Source: an uncultured Acidobacteriota bacterium (GTDB lineage: Bacteria > Acidobacteriota > Thermoanaerobaculia > Multivoradales > UBA5704). Taken from it: a stretch of 64,000 nt of DNA. This document shows positions 49,401-58,784 of the stretch, piece by piece. The number at the start of each line of letters is the position of its first letter. Position 1 is the stretch's first letter. The stretch is from NCBI GenBank assembly GCA_963770895.1, contig CAVYRF010000001.1, forward strand, positions 1,472,001-1,536,000, in the 5' to 3' direction. The position numbers and the translations under genes are program-made. The notes under the pieces are model-generated. The model saw only the letters and a list, made by a program, of their open reading frames with translations, was not told the DNA's origin and did no database searches.

Positions 49401-52400
49401 GCGCGGGTGCTCAACCTCTACGGCCCTTCCGAGGACACCACCTACTCGACGTTCGCCGTGGTCTCGCCGGACGGAGAGCTGCCGCCGGCCATCGGCCGGC
49501 CGATCGCCAACACCCAGGCCCATGTGCTGGACCGCGGCAGACGCCAGGTGCCGGCCGGCGTGCCAGGCGAGCTCCATCTCGGCGGAGAGGGTCTGGCGCG
49601 CGGCTACCACGGGCGGCCGGATCTCACGGCGGAGCGGTTCGTGCCGGACCCGTTCGCGACGGGAGCGCGGCTCTACAGGACCGGGGACCTGGCCCGCTGG
49701 CGGCCGGACAGGGAGCTCGAGTTCCTCGGCCGCATCGATCATCAGGTGAAGATCCGCGGCGTCCGCATCGAGCCGGCGGAAGTGGAATCGGCGCTGCTCT
49801 CGCGGCCGGGAGTGCGCGAGGCGGTGGTCCTGCCGCAGGGGGAGGGTAGCGACCGGCGCCTCATCGCCTATGTCGTCGCCGAGACCGGTGCGGAGCTGGA
49901 CGAGGGCGCCCTCCGCGAGTCGCTCCTCGGGCTCCTGCCGCGGGCCATGGTGCCCGCGGCGATCGTGCCAGTTCCCGGGCTGCCGCTCACTCCGAACGGC
50001 AAGCTGGACCGCCGCGTCCTGGCGCGGCTCGCCCCGGAGCCATCGGCAGGTGGAGGAGGGGAGCCCGCGGCGCCGCGCTCGCCGGTGGAGGAGCTGCTCG
50101 CCGGCATCTGGACGGAGGTCCTCGGGGTCGAGCGGGTAGGGGCGGGAGACGACTTCTTCGCGCTCGGCGGGCATTCCCTTCTCGCTCCGCGCGTCCAGGC
50201 ACGGGTGCGCGAACGGCTCGGCGCCGAGCTGCCGCTCTCCGTGTTCTTTCAGCATCGCACGCTGGCGGAGCAGGCGCGGCGGCTCGCCGTCCGCAAGGTG
50301 GACGACCGCCCTCCACTTCGTCCGTCGCCGCGGGAGCGGACCGTTTTTCCTCTCTCCTTCGCTCAGGAACGCGTCTGGTTCCTCGAGCGGCTCGAGCCGG
50401 GCACAGCGGTCTATCACATGGCCGGCAGCACCCGCCTGACCGGCCCACTCGATCTCGCGGCGTTACGCCGCGCGCTTTGCGAGCTCGAGCGGCGGCACGA
50501 CGCCCTCCGCGCCCGGTTCCGGGAAGTAGACGAGATCCCGGTCCAGGAGATCGCCCCTGGGGGGCTGGACGGTCCGGAGTTGCCGGTCGTGTGCCTCGGG
50601 GGGTTGGAACCGGCGGCGCAGGAAGCCGAGGCGGAGCGTCTCACCAGAGACGAAGCCCAGCGCCCCTTCGATCTGGAGAACGGGCCGCCGTGGCGGCTCC
50701 TTCTCCTGCGCAAAGATTCCTGCCTTCACGAGCTCCTCATCACTCTGCACCACATCGCCGCCGATGAGGAATCGCTGGTGATCCTGGCGCGGGAGCTGGC
50801 CGCGCTCTATGCCGCCTTCCACAAAGGAAGGCCTCCCAGGTTGCCGGAGTTGCCGCTGCGCTCCGTTGACTTTGCCCTGTGGCAGAGGGAAGGGCTGGTT
50901 GGCGAGGTGCTGGAGAAGCGGCTCGCCTGGTGGCGGGAACGCCTGGCCGATCTCCCCATCATCGAGGTGGCGGCCGACCGTCCTCGTCCTGAGGCGCGGA
51001 GCTCCCGTGGGGATGTGGTCACCACCGTTTTGTCGCCGGCCCTCGCCGATGCCCTCGCTGCTCTGGGCCGCCGGGAGGGCGTCACGTTGTTCATGGTGCT
51101 CCTCGCCGGCTTCCAGGTCATCCTGGAGCGGATCTCTGGCGAGCCTGAGGTGCCGGTCGGCTGTCCGGTCTCCAACCGCGACCGCGAGCCGATCCTCCCG
51201 GTGATCGGTTTCCTGGTCAACACCCTGGTCCTCCGAGCGAGCAGCACAGCGGCCCCAAGCTTCGGCGGATTCCTGCGGCGGGTGCGGGAAGTCACCGTCG
51301 AGACCTTCGAGCATGGTGATGTCCCGTTCGAGCTGCTGGTCCAAGCACTCCAGCCGGAACGGGCTCTCGGCCGCAACCCACTCTTCGAGGTGGCTTTCGC
51401 GCTCCAGCGGCCACCCCATGGCTGGCAGGTCGACGATCTCGCCTTCGCGCCTCGGATCGTGCCGACCAGGACGGCCAAGTTCGCCCTCACCCTGTTCGCC
51501 ATCGCAGAGGAGGGGAAGCTCTCGCTTCTCCTCGAGTACGCGACGGACCTCTTCGACCGGCCGACCCCGGCGCGCCTGCTGGGTTACCTCGAAACGCTGC
51601 TCGCCGTGGCGGCCGCGGAGCCTGCGCGCCCTCTCGCCCTGCTCCCCTTGTTCGCTCCGGCGGAGCAGCAGGAGCTGATCCATCATCCGGAAGCACGGCT
51701 CTTTCGCAAGGTGGCGAGGGCGCGCGTCCCGGAGAGTCGCGGGGAGAATGGGCCGCGCGTCCTGGCCGCTCCGCGGACTCCCACCGAGGAGCGGCTGGTC
51801 GAGATCTGGGCCGGTGTGCTGGAACGCAGGCAGGTGTCGATCCACGACGACTTCTTCAGCCTCGGTGGCCATTCGCTCCTGGCCTCTCGGGTCGTGGCAC
51901 GGATTCGCAAATCCCTGGGCGTCGACCTGCCGCTCTCGATCCTCTTCACCTGTCCGACCATCGCGCGACTGGCCGGCGAGGTCGACCGCGCGCGCCGCGC
52001 TGCCGATGCGGGCGTGACGGAGGTAGAGCCGGTGGCGGCACCCCTCACCTTCCGCTGGGAGGACGGCTCCGCCCCACCGCTTTCCTTTGCTCAGGAGCAG
52101 CTCTGGTTCATTGACCAGCTGGAGCCGGGGAGCCCGGTTTACAACCTCTCCACCGCCGTATGCCTCGATGGGGCTCTCGACCGGAATGCCCTGCGCAGGG
52201 CTCTGGTCCAGGTCGTCGAGCGCCACTCGGTCCTCCGCACGACCTTGCGCGCCTTCGAGGGGCGACCGGTCCAGGTCGTGGCGCCGCATTTCCTCCCCGT
52301 CCTGCACGAGATCGATCTCCTGGATCTCGCTCCCGGAGTGCGGCAGGACGAGGCGGCGCGCCATGTGGCGGCCGGGGCGCTCGCCCCCTTCGACCTTGCC

Positions 52401-54107
52401 GAAGGCCCCCTCTTCCGCGCTTCCTTGCTGCGGCTGGGCGAGAACAGCCACCTCCTGCTTGTCACCTTCCATCACTCCATCACCGACGGCTGGTCGTTGC
52501 GTATCTTCTATGAAGAGCTCGGGGCGCTCTATGCGGCAGTCCATGGGGAGGTGCCGGTCCTCCCGGCTCTGCCGATCCAATACGCCGACTTCGCCTCCTG
52601 GCAGCGTGAGCGGCTTCGCGGCGGCGTGCTCAAGCGCCTGATCGCCTACTGGCGGCAGCGGCTGGCCGGTGCCCCCGCTGTTCTCGACCTGCCGTTCGAC
52701 CGTCCGCGTCCGCCGGTCCAGACCTACGGCGGCACCTCACAACTCCTGGAGATCGGCACCGAGGCCACACAGGCCCTCCGTACCTTCGCCCGCGACGAGA
52801 GCGCAACCCTCTTCATGGCGCTTACCGCCGCGTGGGCGACACTCCTGCACCTGCTGAGCGACGAGGAGGACGTGATCCTGGGGACTCCCACGGCCAACCG
52901 TTCGCTCCCCGAGCTCGAGCCGCTCATCGGCTTGTTCGCCAACACCATCCCCCTGCGCGTTGATCTCTCGGGAGATCCGACATTCCGCGAGCTCGTCGGA
53001 CGGGTCCGGACCGCAGCGCTGGCCAACTTCGCCCATCAGGAGATGCCGTTCGAGAAGATCGTCGAGGAGCTGAAGCCCGAACGCGACCTCAGCCACCATC
53101 CGATCTATCAGGTGGCCTTCGCGCTCGAGACGTCGTCCCGGCCGGACTTCCTGGACCTCCCCGGCCTGCGGATGGCGCCGCTGCCTCCGACCGAGGGGAC
53201 GGCGAAGTTCGACCTCGCCCTCTACATGGACGACCGCGGCGGCCGGCTCGCCGGTCTGTTCGAGACGAACCGCGATCTTCTCGACCGCAGCACGGCCGCG
53301 CGCTGGCTCGGACACTTCACGGCCCTCGCCGCGGCGGGGGCGGCAGATCCGGCGCGGCGCCTCTCGGAGCTGCCGTTGCTCGGCCCGGCCGAGCAGCTCG
53401 AGCTCCTCAGCCGCGTCGGTGAGCGGGTGAAGGTCCGCGGCTACAGGATCGATCCCCGGATCGTCGAGGCCTCCCTCGTCGGCCATCCGGCGGTCGGCTC
53501 CGCGATCGTGATCCGGCGCGCCGATCCGCCCGCGGAGGAGCGGCTCGTCGCCTATGTGACGGTGCGGCCGGAGCGCTCGGCTCCCAGCGGGGGAGAGCTG
53601 CGCTCGTTTCTCGCCGGGCGCCTGCCCGAGTACATGCTGCCCGGCGCGTTTGTCGTCCTCGCCGATCTGCCACGGACCGCCGGCGGTGAGCTCGACCTGG
53701 GCGCCCTGCCTGTGCCGCAGGAGAAGGCCGACCTCGGCGGCGACCCTATGGCGCCGGGTGACGGTGCTGACGGTGCGGGGCGGATCGTCGCCGAGATCTG
53801 GCAGGAGCTCCTGGAGGTCGAGAAGGTCGAGCTGCGCGACAACTTCTTCGCTCTCGGCGGGCACTCGCTCCTGCTTCTCCCAATGCAGGAGCGCCTGCGC
53901 GAGCGGTTCGGAGTCAGTCTGCCGATCATCGAGCTGTTCAAGTTCCCGACCGCGGGCGCGCTCGCCGCACACCTGGCTGCGAGGAGGGCTGCGGAGGCCC
54001 CCCGTCCCCCCGCGAAGACCCTGGACCGCAGCGACGCTTTGCGCCAGGGCCGCGAGCGGCTGAAGCAGCGCGCGGAGCGGCATGCCCGCAAGACAGGAGC
54101 GAGGTAA
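46428..54107 (+). CDS. NRPS: truncated FAAL-ACP-C-A(Ala)-T-C-T-C-(A subdomain)-T
   Basis: Starts at TGRLKDLIILRGRNYYPQDIE; GLDSL; HHLVTDFWS; A code read by eye DLFNNALTYK; HHIAADEES; HHSITDGWS; three GGHS carriers. Confidence 0.92.
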   Translation: MTGRLKDLIILRGRNYYPQDIERTAARVHPALRPDGGAAFSIEREGTARLVVAQEVEHGRADVPDMAALAEEVRRMVADELEVAVDEVVLLRSGTLPKTTSGKVRRQACREEYLAGRLSVAGRSGLAAGRDLPEDTPTSFGDLGTLDPAAIRALVAAEAARVLGLDPGRLMPDRPLAALGLDSLAAVELKAGLEEKSGVSLSLTRLLSGASLASVAAEVLAGSAVPRQVPELEIGAPLGDHPLSAGQEALWFSDRLAPEAAAYNVATAVHVEGGLDPEALGRSLQALADRHPALRTTFFSQLGEPRQIVHERLAVDFRVEPSGSKGAEIPLVAEAYRPFDLENESLLRVRVWPLEGGGWLLLLVVHHLVTDFWSLGLFVRELAALYGEATGQGPARLAPLPLGYTDYVRWQGNLLAGEQGERLWEHWRQQLSGDLPVLELVTDRPRPAVQTYIGLSRGLRLAPELADRLRALSLASGTTLFVTLLAGFQALLGRCTGQDEVVIGSPTVGRGAAPFLGVMGYFVNPVALRLSSAGDPAWRDLLSFAKAVCLAAFEHRDLPFATLAERLHPERDPSRSPVFQTLFALQKAQRPEERGLAELAAGIERARATLSDLELVAVPLEECRSPFDLTLTAADAEAGLPIVLQVNRDLFDPATAERLLRALENLLYALAEDLDARVSAAEMLGDAERRQCEAWSRTTVELPRGLCLPDLFAAQAERTPGREALVAGSERLTYRELSRRVEILARRLRVLGVGPESRVGVSVGRSADLVVALLAVLRAGGAYVPLDPVQPAERLAWMLQDSGAEVLLVEERLAPGLLAAGVPARCRIVLLDRGAHRSRAQRGIQGRQDPILPGNLAYLIYTSGSTGRPKGVAIEHRSAVTLVQWARQVFTDAELSGVLAATSIGFDLSVFELFVPLCWGGRVILAENALALPGLPAAGEVRLVNTVPSVLAELVRGEDGLELPGSVTTINLAGEPLPRSLVRAIHEKHPAARVLNLYGPSEDTTYSTFAVVSPDGELPPAIGRPIANTQAHVLDRGRRQVPAGVPGELHLGGEGLARGYHGRPDLTAERFVPDPFATGARLYRTGDLARWRPDRELEFLGRIDHQVKIRGVRIEPAEVESALLSRPGVREAVVLPQGEGSDRRLIAYVVAETGAELDEGALRESLLGLLPRAMVPAAIVPVPGLPLTPNGKLDRRVLARLAPEPSAGGGGEPAAPRSPVEELLAGIWTEVLGVERVGAGDDFFALGGHSLLAPRVQARVRERLGAELPLSVFFQHRTLAEQARRLAVRKVDDRPPLRPSPRERTVFPLSFAQERVWFLERLEPGTAVYHMAGSTRLTGPLDLAALRRALCELERRHDALRARFREVDEIPVQEIAPGGLDGPELPVVCLGGLEPAAQEAEAERLTRDEAQRPFDLENGPPWRLLLLRKDSCLHELLITLHHIAADEESLVILARELAALYAAFHKGRPPRLPELPLRSVDFALWQREGLVGEVLEKRLAWWRERLADLPIIEVAADRPRPEARSSRGDVVTTVLSPALADALAALGRREGVTLFMVLLAGFQVILERISGEPEVPVGCPVSNRDREPILPVIGFLVNTLVLRASSTAAPSFGGFLRRVREVTVETFEHGDVPFELLVQALQPERALGRNPLFEVAFALQRPPHGWQVDDLAFAPRIVPTRTAKFALTLFAIAEEGKLSLLLEYATDLFDRPTPARLLGYLETLLAVAAAEPARPLALLPLFAPAEQQELIHHPEARLFRKVARARVPESRGENGPRVLAAPRTPTEERLVEIWAGVLERRQVSIHDDFFSLGGHSLLASRVVARIRKSLGVDLPLSILFTCPTIARLAGEVDRARRAADAGVTEVEPVAAPLTFRWEDGSAPPLSFAQEQLWFIDQLEPGSPVYNLSTAVCLDGALDRNALRRALVQVVERHSVLRTTLRAFEGRPVQVVAPHFLPVLHEIDLLDLAPGVRQDEAARHVAAGALAPFDLAEGPLFRASLLRLGENSHLLLVTFHHSITDGWSLRIFYEELGALYAAVHGEVPVLPALPIQYADFASWQRERLRGGVLKRLIAYWRQRLAGAPAVLDLPFDRPRPPVQTYGGTSQLLEIGTEATQALRTFARDESATLFMALTAAWATLLHLLSDEEDVILGTPTANRSLPELEPLIGLFANTIPLRVDLSGDPTFRELVGRVRTAALANFAHQEMPFEKIVEELKPERDLSHHPIYQVAFALETSSRPDFLDLPGLRMAPLPPTEGTAKFDLALYMDDRGGRLAGLFETNRDLLDRSTAARWLGHFTALAAAGAADPARRLSELPLLGPAEQLELLSRVGERVKVRGYRIDPRIVEASLVGHPAVGSAIVIRRADPPAEERLVAYVTVRPERSAPSGGELRSFLAGRLPEYMLPGAFVVLADLPRTAGGELDLGALPVPQEKADLGGDPMAPGDGADGAGRIVAEIWQELLEVEKVELRDNFFALGGHSLLLLPMQERLRERFGVSLPIIELFKFPTAGALAAHLAARRAAEAPRPPAKTLDRSDALRQGRERLKQRAERHARKTGAR

Positions 54108-54122
54108 AGCAGGAGCTGATCC

Positions 54123-57100
54123 ATGGAGCAGGACATGAATGAGCCGAATGTCGAACAGATCGAACGGACGGACGTGGAGGGGATCGCCATCGTCGGCATC
54201 GCCGCGCGATTCCCGGGCGCACGCAACGCCGCCGAGCTGTGGCGCAACCTGCGTGACGGGATCGCATCGATCTCGTTCTTCAGCGAGGAGGAGCTGGCTG
54301 CGGCCGGAGTGGAGCCCGCGCTGCTGGCCGATCCACGCTACGTGCGGGCCAAGGGCTCCCTGGAGGACGCGGACCTCTTCGACGCAGCCCTCTTCGGCCT
54401 CACGCCGCGCGAGGCCGAGACCATGGATCCTCAGCACCGGATCTTCCTGGAGTGCGCCTGGGAGGCGCTGGAGGATGCGGCTTGCGATCCGGAGCGCTTC
54501 GGGGGCCGCATCGGCGTCTGGGCCGGCTCGGGCTTCAGCTCCTACCTGCTCTCGAACCTCCTGCCCAACCAAGAGAGGATGGAGGGCTTCGGCGCCCTCC
54601 AGGTGGCGCTCCTGAACGACCGCGACTTCCTCGCCACGAGGGCCTCGTACCAGCTGAATCTCAGGGGACCCAGCGTGTCGGTCCAGACCGCCTGCTCGAC
54701 CTCCCTGGTGGCAACTCACATGGCCTGCCAGGGCCTGATCGGGGGTGAGTGCGACATGGCGCTCGCCGGGGGCGTCTCGATCAGCGCGCCGCTGCGCACG
54801 GGCTACCTGTACCAGGAGGGGAGCGTGCTCTCGCCGGACGGCTGCTGCCGCGCCTTCGACGCCTCCGCGGCCGGCACTGTGGAGGGGAACGGCTGCGGAA
54901 TCATCGTCCTGAAGCGGCTTGACGACGCCCTGGCCGACGGCGACCGCATCTACGCGGTGATCCGCGGCTCGGCGGTGAACAACGACGGATCGGCCAAGAT
55001 CGGCTTCACCGCGCCCAGCGTGGAGGGGCAGGCCTCGGCCATTTCCGAGGCCCTGATCACGGCCGGGGTCGATCCCGCGACGATCGGCTACGTCGAGGCC
55101 CATGGCAGCGGCACGCCGCTCGGCGATCCCATTGAGATTGCGGCGCTCACCAAGGCTTTCCGCGCAGCGGGAGCCGAGGGCATGGGCTTCTGCGCCATCG
55201 GATCGATCAAGACCAACTTAGGCCATTGCAACACGGCGGCGGGCGTGGCCGGGCTCATCAAGGCCACCCTGGCGCTGGCGCACGAGACTCTGCCACCCAG
55301 CCTTCACTACGAGAGCCCCAACCCGCAGATCGACTTCGCCGGCAGCCCCTTCTATATCTGCACAGAGGCGCGGCCGTGGACCACCACTGGAGGGCCGAGG
55401 CGGGCCGGCGCGAGCGCGTTCGGCCTGGGCGGGACGAACGCCCATGCCGTGCTGGAGGAAGCGCCCGAGCAGGAGCCGGGCGATCTCCCCTCGCGGCCGG
55501 CACAGCTCCTGGTCCTTTCGGCCCGCACCCCGGCGGCGCTCGACGCGGCGGCGGCCCGGCTGGCGGACCACCTGGAGGCGAATCCGGACGTCGACATCGC
55601 CGACGTCGCGTGGACCCTTCAAGTCGGGCGCAAGGAGCTCGAGCACCGCCGGATCGCCGTGGCCCGCGACCGCGAGTCCGCCAGCTCCGCGCTCAAGGAC
55701 CGTGCCCCCGCCGCCGTCACCGGCAAGCAGGAGGGCGCATGGTCGAGGCCGGTGGTGTTCCTCTTCCCAGGGCTCGGCGACCAGTACGTGGACATGGCGC
55801 GGGAGCTTTACGAGACCGAGGCGCTCTTCCGCGGGCAGGTCGACCTTTGCGCCTCCAAGCTCCAGTCCTGGCTGGGCGCCGACCTGCGCGAGGTGCTCTT
55901 TTCGCCCGGGGAGTGGTCGCTGCCCGCCAAGGCAGCCCCGGACCTGCGCACCATGCTCCGCCGCAACGCGGAGACCTCGCGCCTCGACGAAACCCTGTTC
56001 GCGCAGCCGGCCTGCTTCGTGGTCGAGTACGCCCTGGGCCGTCTGTTGATGGACTGGGGGATCGTGCCGCGGGCCCTGATCGGCTACAGCCTCGGCGAGT
56101 ACGTGGCGGCGTGCCTGTCGGGAGCGCTCTCCCTGGACGATGCCCTGGAGCTGGTGGCGCGGCGGGCGAAGTTGATCCAGGCCCTCCCCGGGGGAGCCAT
56201 GCTTGCGGTGCCCTTGCCCGAGGAGGAGATCCGGCTCCTGCTGGGGGAGGGCCTGTCGCTCTCCGCTACCAACGGCCCGCATTTCTGTGTGGTGGGAGGG
56301 ACCGGCGAGGCGGTGGATACGCTGGACCGGCAACTGGCCGAGCGCGGTGTGAGCTGCCTCCGGCTGCGGACCACGCACGCGTTCCACTCCGCGCTGATGG
56401 AGCCGGCCGTGGCTCCCTTCACGAAGATTGCGTGCAAGGTGCGCATGCAGGCGCCGGCCATCCCCTTTGTCTCCAACGTCACCGGCACCTGGATCACCGC
56501 GGACGACCTCGCCGGCCCCGCCTACTGGGCGCGGCACCTGCGCCATCCCGTACGCTTCGCGGAGGGCATCGGCGAGCTGCTCCAGGAGCCCGAGCACGTT
56601 TTCCTGGAGGTCGGCCCGGGCGCGACCCTGGGTACGCTGGTCAAGCAGCACCCGGCTGCCGTGGCCAACCGGGTCACGGTGCCGACTCTGCGCGCAGGGG
56701 GCTCCGACCTGGAGACCCTGCTGGAGGCCGTGGGCCGGCTCTGGATCGCGGGGACCCACGTCGACTGGGCCCGCTTTCACGGCGGCGAGCGCCGCCTCAA
56801 GGCGCCGCTGCCGACCTATCCCTTCGAGCGCCAGCGCTACTGGATCGATCCGTCGAAGGACTCGGCGAAACCCGCGGCGGCCGCCGGTCCCGCGGCCGAC
56901 CTCGCGGACTGGTTCTGGGTCCCGGCCTGGAAGCAGGTGCCTCGCATGGCCGGCCTCCGGGAGACCCTCCGCTGGCTGGTCTTTCTGGATGAAGCAGGGC
57001 TGGGAGACAGAATCGCGGCGCGGCTGCGTAAGGACGGCCACGAGGTCGTTACCGCGAGGCCGGGCACCGCCTTCGAGGAGATCGGGGAGGGTGCGTTCAC

Positions 57101-58784
57101 CATCCATCCCGCCCGCCGGCAGGACTACGACGCGCTGCTCCGTGGCAGGCCGCCCGGGAAGATCCTCCACCTCTGGGGGATCACGTCCGTGGCGCCCTCC
57201 TTCGCGGCGGCGCAGACGGCGGGGCTCGTCAGCCTGGTGCTGTTGACGCAAGCCCTCTCGGTCGTCGAGAGCGATACTCAGATCCGGCTCACCGTCGCGA
57301 CCAACGGTCTCCACGAGCTGGTGGACGGCGATCCGATCCATCCCGGCAAGGGCACCCTCCTCGGAGCCCTGAAAGTGTTCCACCAGGAGCTGCCGCGCCT
57401 GACCTGCTCCAGTGTCGACGTCGCGCTCTCCGCAGTCGAGCAAGACCGCCTCGTGGAACAGCTCCTGGCCGAGATATCTGGTCCGGCGGAGACGGTCGTG
57501 GCCCTGCGGGGCCGCCAGCGTTGGGTCCGAGGCTTCGAGCCGATGCGTCTCGCCGATGAGGGGTCCAGGCTCGCCGAGGAGGGTGTCTACCTGATCGCCG
57601 GTGCCGCGCATGGTCCCGGCATGGCGATGGCCGAGCATCTGGTGCGCTCGGGAGCCCGGGTCGGGCTGGTCCTGCCGCCGCAGCTTCCGGCACGGGAGCA
57701 GTGGGAGACCTGGAAGGGGCTGCCTGAGCTGCCGCCAGGACAGGACGTGATCGGTGCCGTCATTCTGCGGCTCCTGGCGATCGAGCGTGAGGTGGGGCTC
57801 GACCGGGTCCTGATCCTGCGCTCGGACCCGGCAGCGGCCCTCACAGAGACCCGCGCCCGCTTCGGCCCGATTCATGGCGTCTTCTTCACCGGCGGCATTT
57901 TCGCCGGCGGCCTGATCCAGCTCAAGGCTCCGGAGGCCCTGCAGAAAGCCCTGGCCCCGCTGGCCCGGGAGGCCGAAACGCTCCTCGACGCCGTGGACGC
58001 CGCACCCGAGCCGCCTTCCTTCGTCATGCTGTCTTCCACCGTCCTTGCCGTCACGGGCGGCCTGGGCCAGCTCGAGGTTGCCGCGGCCGGTGGCTTCCTG
58101 GAGGCGCTCGCCGCGTGGCGGAATGCGGAGGGGAAGCCATTCACCGTGGCTGCGCACTGGGATGCTTATCAGTGGGGTGGCTGGCTGGTGACCGGGGTGG
58201 CCGGCGGCATGTCCGGCTTCACTCCGGAAGCGGTGCAGGCGAATCTGGCGACGTACGGCGTCTCGGAGGATCAGAGCGCCGGCGCGATGCGGCGGCTCTT
58301 GGCGAGCTCCCTGCCCCGGGTGATCGTCTCCGCCCAGGATCTCCCCCGTCTGATTGCAGCCGCGGACAGCGTCACCGCGGACACCCTGCTGGCCCAGATG
58401 GCGCCGGCCCACCACGGAGAAAGGGCGCAGAGGCCGGGGCTCTCGACCGCCTATGAGCCGCCGCGGGACGAGCTCGAAGAGAGCCTCGCCGGCATCTGGC
58501 AGGACCTCTTCGGCATCGAGCCCATCGGCCGAGACGACACCTTCCTGGAGCTGGGCGGCCATTCACTCCTCGCCGTCCAGATCGTCACGCAGATCCGGAG
58601 CGTTCTGGAGGTCGACCTGCCGGTGACCACGCTCTTCGAGTCACCGACTGTCACGGAGCTGGCCAAGGCTGTGCGCCGAGCTCGCGGCCAGGGCACCCCC
58701 GTGAACGTGGAGGCGCTGCTCGCCCTGGTCGAGGGGATCTCCCCCGCCGAAGCCGCGCAGAAGCTCGCGGAGCTGGGGGTCTGA
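54123..58784 (+). CDS. Type I PKS module: KS-AT-degenerate KR-carrier
   Basis: TACSTS, EAHGSGT, NLGH; AT motifs GYSLG and HAFH (malonyl type); KR-like region with IAGAAHGPG; GGHSL. Confidence 0.93.
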   Translation: MEQDMNEPNVEQIERTDVEGIAIVGIAARFPGARNAAELWRNLRDGIASISFFSEEELAAAGVEPALLADPRYVRAKGSLEDADLFDAALFGLTPREAETMDPQHRIFLECAWEALEDAACDPERFGGRIGVWAGSGFSSYLLSNLLPNQERMEGFGALQVALLNDRDFLATRASYQLNLRGPSVSVQTACSTSLVATHMACQGLIGGECDMALAGGVSISAPLRTGYLYQEGSVLSPDGCCRAFDASAAGTVEGNGCGIIVLKRLDDALADGDRIYAVIRGSAVNNDGSAKIGFTAPSVEGQASAISEALITAGVDPATIGYVEAHGSGTPLGDPIEIAALTKAFRAAGAEGMGFCAIGSIKTNLGHCNTAAGVAGLIKATLALAHETLPPSLHYESPNPQIDFAGSPFYICTEARPWTTTGGPRRAGASAFGLGGTNAHAVLEEAPEQEPGDLPSRPAQLLVLSARTPAALDAAAARLADHLEANPDVDIADVAWTLQVGRKELEHRRIAVARDRESASSALKDRAPAAVTGKQEGAWSRPVVFLFPGLGDQYVDMARELYETEALFRGQVDLCASKLQSWLGADLREVLFSPGEWSLPAKAAPDLRTMLRRNAETSRLDETLFAQPACFVVEYALGRLLMDWGIVPRALIGYSLGEYVAACLSGALSLDDALELVARRAKLIQALPGGAMLAVPLPEEEIRLLLGEGLSLSATNGPHFCVVGGTGEAVDTLDRQLAERGVSCLRLRTTHAFHSALMEPAVAPFTKIACKVRMQAPAIPFVSNVTGTWITADDLAGPAYWARHLRHPVRFAEGIGELLQEPEHVFLEVGPGATLGTLVKQHPAAVANRVTVPTLRAGGSDLETLLEAVGRLWIAGTHVDWARFHGGERRLKAPLPTYPFERQRYWIDPSKDSAKPAAAAGPAADLADWFWVPAWKQVPRMAGLRETLRWLVFLDEAGLGDRIAARLRKDGHEVVTARPGTAFEEIGEGAFTIHPARRQDYDALLRGRPPGKILHLWGITSVAPSFAAAQTAGLVSLVLLTQALSVVESDTQIRLTVATNGLHELVDGDPIHPGKGTLLGALKVFHQELPRLTCSSVDVALSAVEQDRLVEQLLAEISGPAETVVALRGRQRWVRGFEPMRLADEGSRLAEEGVYLIAGAAHGPGMAMAEHLVRSGARVGLVLPPQLPAREQWETWKGLPELPPGQDVIGAVILRLLAIEREVGLDRVLILRSDPAAALTETRARFGPIHGVFFTGGIFAGGLIQLKAPEALQKALAPLAREAETLLDAVDAAPEPPSFVMLSSTVLAVTGGLGQLEVAAAGGFLEALAAWRNAEGKPFTVAAHWDAYQWGGWLVTGVAGGMSGFTPEAVQANLATYGVSEDQSAGAMRRLLASSLPRVIVSAQDLPRLIAAADSVTADTLLAQMAPAHHGERAQRPGLSTAYEPPRDELEESLAGIWQDLFGIEPIGRDDTFLELGGHSLLAVQIVTQIRSVLEVDLPVTTLFESPTVTELAKAVRRARGQGTPVNVEALLALVEGISPAEAAQKLAELGV

